Source: Alphaproteobacteria bacterium
Lineage (GTDB): Bacteria > Pseudomonadota > Alphaproteobacteria > Micavibrionales > Micavibrionaceae
DNA: 64,000 bases
Assembly (NCBI GenBank): GCA_052387095.1
Contig: JBQTJN010000044.1
Span: 310-64,309, forward strand
Reading direction: 5' to 3'
Shown: positions 59,974-64,000 of the stretch, in pieces
Numbering within the stretch: the stretch's first letter is position 1
Layout of the letters: every line of letters begins with the position of its first letter
The notes under the pieces: generated by a model
What the model saw: only the letters and a program-made list of their open reading frames with translations
Database searches by the model: none
Told to the model about the DNA's origin: nothing
Program-made: the position numbers and the translations under genes

Positions 59974-61239
59974 ATGGAAACTAAACCTGATAAAACCATA
60001 GAAACTCTTGGCCGTGCCGCAAAAAATGCCGCGAAAATCTTGGCCGGTGTTCCGGATGATACAGTCAGCGCGGTTTTGAGCACGCTGGCCGTAAAGCTGC
60101 GCGAAAACAAATCTGTTATTCTTGCGGCAAATGCCAAAGATATTGAATCCGCCAAAGCTAAAAACCTCAGCGACGCCATGCTCGACCGGCTCGCGCTCAA
60201 TGATGCGCGCATTGAATCCATGGCCGGGGGCGTTGAAACCGTCCGCGCCTTGCCCTCGCCGGTGGGTAAAGTCCTCTGGGAAACACGCCGTCCCAACGGG
60301 CTGCACATCCAGCGCATCGCCGTGCCCATCGGCGTTTTCGGCATGATTTATGAATCGCGCCCGAATGTCACGATCGATGCCGCCATACTCTGCTTAAAAT
60401 CCCGCAACGCCGTCATTCTGCGCGGCGGCTCGGAAAGTCTGCAGTCTTCACTGACGCTGCATGTATTCATTGAGCAATCTTTAGAGCAGCACGGCCTGCC
60501 AGCATCCTGCGTCGGTATTGTGTCCACCGCAGACCGCGAAATTGTCGGCGCCATGTTGCGTGCTAGTCAATATATCGACATCATGATACCCCGCGGCGGA
60601 AAATCTCTGATCGAGCGCGTCATGAACGAGGCACGCATGCCCGTTTTCGGCCATCTCGACGGCAACTGTCATATCTATGTGCACCCCTCAGCCAATCCTG
60701 CCATGGCGGTCGATATCATCGTCAATGCCAAGCTGCGCCGCACCGGCATTTGCGGTGCGCTGGAATCCCTTCTTCTCGATAAAAATATTGATACAAAAAC
60801 GGCCAAAAATACCCTCACCACCCTGCTCGATAAAGGCTGTGAAATCGTCGGCGATGCCGATACGCAAAAGCTTGAGGCCCGCATAATCCCCGCCACTGAA
60901 GAAGACTGGTCGACCGAATATCTTTCAGCCAAACTCAGCTGTAAATTTGTAGACGGCGTGGAACAGGCGGTTGACCACATAAATACCTACGGCTCCCACC
61001 ACACCGAAAGTATTCTCGCTGGCAACCCGGCCGCCGTGGGATATTTCCTCAAAAACATCGACAGCGCCGTCGTCATGCACAACGCCTCGACGCAGTTCAC
61101 CGACGGCGGAGAATTCGGCATGGGCGCAGAAATCGGTATTGCCACCGGCAAGATGCACGCCCGCGGCCCCGTTGCACTGGAGCAGCTTTGCACGTATAAA
61201 TATATTATTCACGGCAACGGCCAGACCCGGCTCGGATAA
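59974..61239 (+). CDS. proA: Gamma-glutamyl phosphate reductase
   Basis: Aldehyde-dehydrogenase-type ProA layout (VPIGVFGMIYESRPNVT, ILRGGSE, the region around CGALESLLL, HNASTQFTDGGEFG). Confidence 0.96.
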   Translation: METKPDKTIETLGRAAKNAAKILAGVPDDTVSAVLSTLAVKLRENKSVILAANAKDIESAKAKNLSDAMLDRLALNDARIESMAGGVETVRALPSPVGKVLWETRRPNGLHIQRIAVPIGVFGMIYESRPNVTIDAAILCLKSRNAVILRGGSESLQSSLTLHVFIEQSLEQHGLPASCVGIVSTADREIVGAMLRASQYIDIMIPRGGKSLIERVMNEARMPVFGHLDGNCHIYVHPSANPAMAVDIIVNAKLRRTGICGALESLLLDKNIDTKTAKNTLTTLLDKGCEIVGDADTQKLEARIIPATEEDWSTEYLSAKLSCKFVDGVEQAVDHINTYGSHHTESILAGNPAAVGYFLKNIDSAVVMHNASTQFTDGGEFGMGAEIGIATGKMHARGPVALEQLCTYKYIIHGNGQTRLG

Positions 61240-61245
61240 AACCAG

Positions 61246-61854
61246 ATGTCGATGCTTACGCCTCCTCACCTCCTCGACGCCCCGCGCTGGAAAGGCCTCC
61301 GCGTCGGTTTGCTGGGCGGCACCTTCGATCCGCCGCATGAAGGCCATGTTCATATCAGCCTGGCCGCCATGCACGCGCTTCAACTCGATGCCGTCTGGTG
61401 GCTGGTCAGCCCGCAAAATCCCCTGAAAACACATAGACCTCTGCCGCTCACCGAGCGCATGCGTCTTTCACGCGAACTCATCACTCACCCGAAAATTATT
61501 GTCTCCGACATTGAATCGCAGATGGGCACAAACATCACCTACGACACCGTTTGCAAATTAAAGAGCAATTTCTCAAGAACGGATTTCGTCTGGATCAGCG
61601 GCATGGATAATGCGCTCACGCTGCATCTGTGGAATCGCTGGCGCGAATTGCTCGGTGAAATCTGCATGGTCCACCTGACACGTAAACCCGCCACCTCGCT
61701 CATCCAGTCCTGCCCGCTACGCATGACGAACCAGAAGCACGTGGTCATCGACCGCGGTGGCCGCCTCCCGCTGACCCCCGGAATCAGTTACTGGATGATG
61801 CAGAAAAAAATGGTCAATATGTCCTCGACCGAAATGCGCGAGAAAACCGCATAA
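61246..61854 (+). CDS. nadD: Nicotinate-nucleotide adenylyltransferase
   Basis: GLLGGTFDPPHEGH (HxGH) and a C-terminal SSTEMR (ISSTxxR-type) motif. Confidence 0.92.
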   Translation: MSMLTPPHLLDAPRWKGLRVGLLGGTFDPPHEGHVHISLAAMHALQLDAVWWLVSPQNPLKTHRPLPLTERMRLSRELITHPKIIVSDIESQMGTNITYDTVCKLKSNFSRTDFVWISGMDNALTLHLWNRWRELLGEICMVHLTRKPATSLIQSCPLRMTNQKHVVIDRGGRLPLTPGISYWMMQKKMVNMSSTEMREKTA

Positions 61855-61887
61855 ATATCAATAAGTTACAAACAAAGAGACGCGGAT

Positions 61888-61916
61888 TTGCCTAATGGAG
61901 AGGGGCATACTATAAT
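61888..61916 (+). promoter_or_regulatory. Candidate sigma-70 promoter for rsfS-rlmH (TTGCCT-17 nt-TATAAT)
   Basis: A consensus -10 and a fair -35 in the 187-nt nadD-rsfS gap. This rests on a motif match only. Confidence 0.4.
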
Positions 61917-62041
61917 AAAGGTATGGGTTTGATGAAGTATATCATCTACATGACGGGCGACTTTGCAGCGCTGCATGGCCGCCTTTTTCATTTAAGCCCC
62001 ATCCCTGTAAATATTGAAAGGAGAGTACAGCCATTCTGAAC

Positions 62042-62419
62042 ATGAAACATGACGGGTATTTAACACCCGAAGAAATGAAGGACTTCATCGAGCAGTCCCT
62101 GGACGCAGATAAAGCCTTTGAAATCTCAACGATCGATCTGCGCGGCCAGAGTGCCATCGCCGATTTCATGATCATCGCCTCCGGCACATCCTCACGACAT
62201 GTAGCGGCACTTGCTGAAAAGCTGAGAGATCGTCTCGGGGCGCGCGGCACGGATAATATCCGCGTCGAAGGGCTGGGTCATTCCGATTGGGTTGTCGTGG
62301 ATGCCGGTGACGTGCTTGTCCATGTTTTCCGCCCCGAAGTACGGGCTTTTTACAATATCGAAAAGATGTGGAGCGCTTGGAATGGGATGGAAATTGTCGG
62401 ACTCGAAGCCACGGCCTGA
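62042..62419 (+). CDS. rsfS: Ribosome silencing factor RsfS
   Basis: IADFMIIASGTSSRHVAALAEKL, DWVVVDAGDVLVHVF and YNIEKMW are canonical RsfS/iojap. Confidence 0.92.
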   Translation: MKHDGYLTPEEMKDFIEQSLDADKAFEISTIDLRGQSAIADFMIIASGTSSRHVAALAEKLRDRLGARGTDNIRVEGLGHSDWVVVDAGDVLVHVFRPEVRAFYNIEKMWSAWNGMEIVGLEATA

Positions 62420-62456
62420 GTTAAGATAGGCCCGTAACAAACCCGGGCTTATAACC

Positions 62457-62897
62457 TTGTTAAAAATCGACATCATCGCGGCGGGCCGCATGCGCGGCCA
62501 TATGTTCGGAGAAGCTTCCACCGAATACAGCAAACGCATTCTCTGGCCCCTTAACATCATCGAATTCGATGGTCGCGATCAGCGCGATGAAGAATCAAAA
62601 ATTCTCACAAACATAAAACCCGGCGCTTATGTCATTGCCCTCGATGAGCGCGGCAAGGATGAGCGCAGCACCGATTTCGCTGCCCGGCTCGGCAAGTTGC
62701 AGGACAGTGCCGAAAGCCAGGTCCAGTTCGTGATCGGCGGTGCCGACGGCCTGACCGACGCAGTGCGGGAAAAATCCCGACTGACCATGGGCCTTGGCGC
62801 TAGAACCTGGCCGCATATACTTGCCAGGCTCATGCTTTTGGAGCAGATTTACAGAGCCCAGCAGATTTTGGCGGGCCATCCCTACCACCGGGAATAA
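62457..62897 (+). CDS. rlmH: 23S rRNA (pseudouridine1915-N3)-methyltransferase RlmH
   Basis: FVIGGADGL and a C-terminal HPYHRE are typical SPOUT RlmH. TTG start. Confidence 0.9.
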   Translation: MLKIDIIAAGRMRGHMFGEASTEYSKRILWPLNIIEFDGRDQRDEESKILTNIKPGAYVIALDERGKDERSTDFAARLGKLQDSAESQVQFVIGGADGLTDAVREKSRLTMGLGARTWPHILARLMLLEQIYRAQQILAGHPYHRE

Positions 62898-62922
62898 GAA
62901 TGTTTAATTCTAAAAATAAAAT

Positions 62923-63009
62923 GTCATCCCCGCGGCTCTGCGAAGCAGAGCTTAAACGGCGGGGCTCCGGAAAATTTCTTTACCAGACCCCCGCCTTCGC
63001 GGGGGTGAC
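62923..63009. repeat. Family-4 palindromic element (GTCATCCCCGCGG...CCGCCTTCGCGGGGGTGAC)
   Basis: Has terminal inverted repeats GTCATCCCCGCG/CGCGGGGGTGAC, with inner GCGGGGCTCC/...ACCCCCGCC arms. It lies between the rlmH stop and the probable start of the M23 peptidase gene. Confidence 0.65.
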
Positions 63010-64000
63010 AATATTTGTTGTGTTTTTATTTGTGACAACAAATCTGTTCGCAGCTGGCGCGCCCGTACCCGTCAGCCAGCGCGAAAAACTAAAATCCCTG
63101 CAGACCACGATTGAAAAGACGCAAACCGAAAAAAAGGAAACGGAAGAAAAAGCGCGAAAGGCCGAAGGCGAATTAAAAGAAACCAAAAGCGATCTGGTCA
63201 AGGTTGGCAAGTCGGTGCAGAAAAGCGAAAAGACCTTAAGTAGCCTCGAAGAACAAATGGCACAGCTTGAAGAGGAAAAAGCGGCGCTTGCATTAAAGCT
63301 GCATAATAACCGCCGTTCAATCGGCAATATAGCGATGGGGCTTGAGCGCATCCGCCGTGTCCCGCCCGAGGCTTTAATCGTACGTCCCGGTGCACCCTTC
63401 AAAACCGCGCAAAGCGTGATGCTGATGGAGGATATCGTTCCCGTCCTCAACCGACGCGCGGGTGGCGTGAAGAAAGATCTCGACCGTCTCGAGGAAATCA
63501 CGGTGAAACTTGAAAATCAAAAACTCGAAGCCGCCGAACTCGTGGCGTCTATGAGCGCCGAACAGGCTAAGCTCGAGGACCTCGCAAAAAAACGCCACAG
63601 GCTTTTTGTCTCCACCAGCAAAAACGTCGAAGAGCAGGAAGCCAGCCTGCAGCGCTACGCGGCGCAATCGCAAACGCTGCAGGAGCTCATGACCAAAATC
63701 GAGGAACAGGGTAAAACCGGCACCCCGGCACCTTCCGGCGCCCCCCGCAACTTTGCCAAAAGTAAAACCATCCTGCCGCAGACCGGCTCCATGCGCCTGC
63801 CAGTCTCGGGCGCGATTCTGGTCAATTATAATGAGCCGGACAATTTCGGCGCACCCAGCAAGGGCTTGACTATCGAATCCCGGCCCGACGGGCTGGTTGT
63901 GGCACCGATGGGGGGGGTTGTGCGTTTTGCCGGCCCGTTCAAGAATTATGGAAATATGCTGATCGTCGAGCATAAAAAAGGTTTTCATAGCCTTATTGCA
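63005..64000 (+). CDS. EnvC-like murein hydrolase activator / M23 peptidase (3' end cut by window)
   Basis: The frame is open from 62900 to the window end and is not in the ORF track because it has no stop. The GTG at 63005 gives the signal peptide MTIFVVFLFVTTNLFAAG, followed by a coiled-coil and then GGVVRFAGPFKNYGNMLIVEHKKGFHSLIA (M23 motif). Confidence 0.8.
   Translation, partial: MTIFVVFLFVTTNLFAAGAPVPVSQREKLKSLQTTIEKTQTEKKETEEKARKAEGELKETKSDLVKVGKSVQKSEKTLSSLEEQMAQLEEEKAALALKLHNNRRSIGNIAMGLERIRRVPPEALIVRPGAPFKTAQSVMLMEDIVPVLNRRAGGVKKDLDRLEEITVKLENQKLEAAELVASMSAEQAKLEDLAKKRHRLFVSTSKNVEEQEASLQRYAAQSQTLQELMTKIEEQGKTGTPAPSGAPRNFAKSKTILPQTGSMRLPVSGAILVNYNEPDNFGAPSKGLTIESRPDGLVVAPMGGVVRFAGPFKNYGNMLIVEHKKGFHSLIA

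Overview
A 64 kb chromosomal segment with alphaproteobacterial gene content: ccrM, ntrYX, fused ispDF, a DUF721/DciA-like gene, a split atpIBEF'F F0 operon, and pdhB carrying an N-terminal lipoyl domain. It is densely packed with about 70 mostly housekeeping genes. In order: kdsA, eno, ftsB, pdhA-pdhB-pdhC-(LOG-like)-lpdA, lipA, ispDF-pgpA-cinA, ntrY-ntrX-murI, hfq-hflX, mazG, the mltB-rlpA-dacC-tmk-holB-metG-tatD block, tRNA-Ser(UGA), cspA, mntR/mntH, rplU-rpmA-obgE-proB, pepN, rnhB, ccrM, mutY, efp, suhB, smc, the F0 ATP synthase operon, and proA-nadD-rsfS-rlmH followed by an EnvC-like M23 peptidase that is cut by the window end. I found no rRNA, CRISPR array, transposase, integrase, or recognisable defence or secretion system. 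The features not explained by standard gene annotation are: (1) at least four families of short palindromic MITE/REP-like elements. One family is inserted in frame, in opposite orientations, into the inter-domain linkers of both pdhB and pdhC. Another sits 2-14 nt after the stop codons of eno, pdhA, hflX and proB. (2) Small accessory insertions in otherwise conserved gene orders: a hypothetical plus HAD_SAK-like pair between kdsA and eno, an AT-rich antisense mini-ORF between pdhB and pdhC, a LOG/TIGR00725-like gene translationally coupled inside the PDH cluster, an orphan GT-A-like gene coupled to ispDF-pgpA-cinA, and a secreted hypothetical coupled to mutY. (3) A decayed tRNA-Ser copy beside the intact tRNA-Ser, followed by a loosely packed block of transporters and gene remnants. 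(4) An 8-nt tandem/inverted repeat abutting the obgE start codon. (5) A GANTC cluster upstream of ccrM. (6) An 18.5 kb block splitting the usual proB-proA pair. All calls come from reading the translations and sequence by eye. No database search or computation was run.
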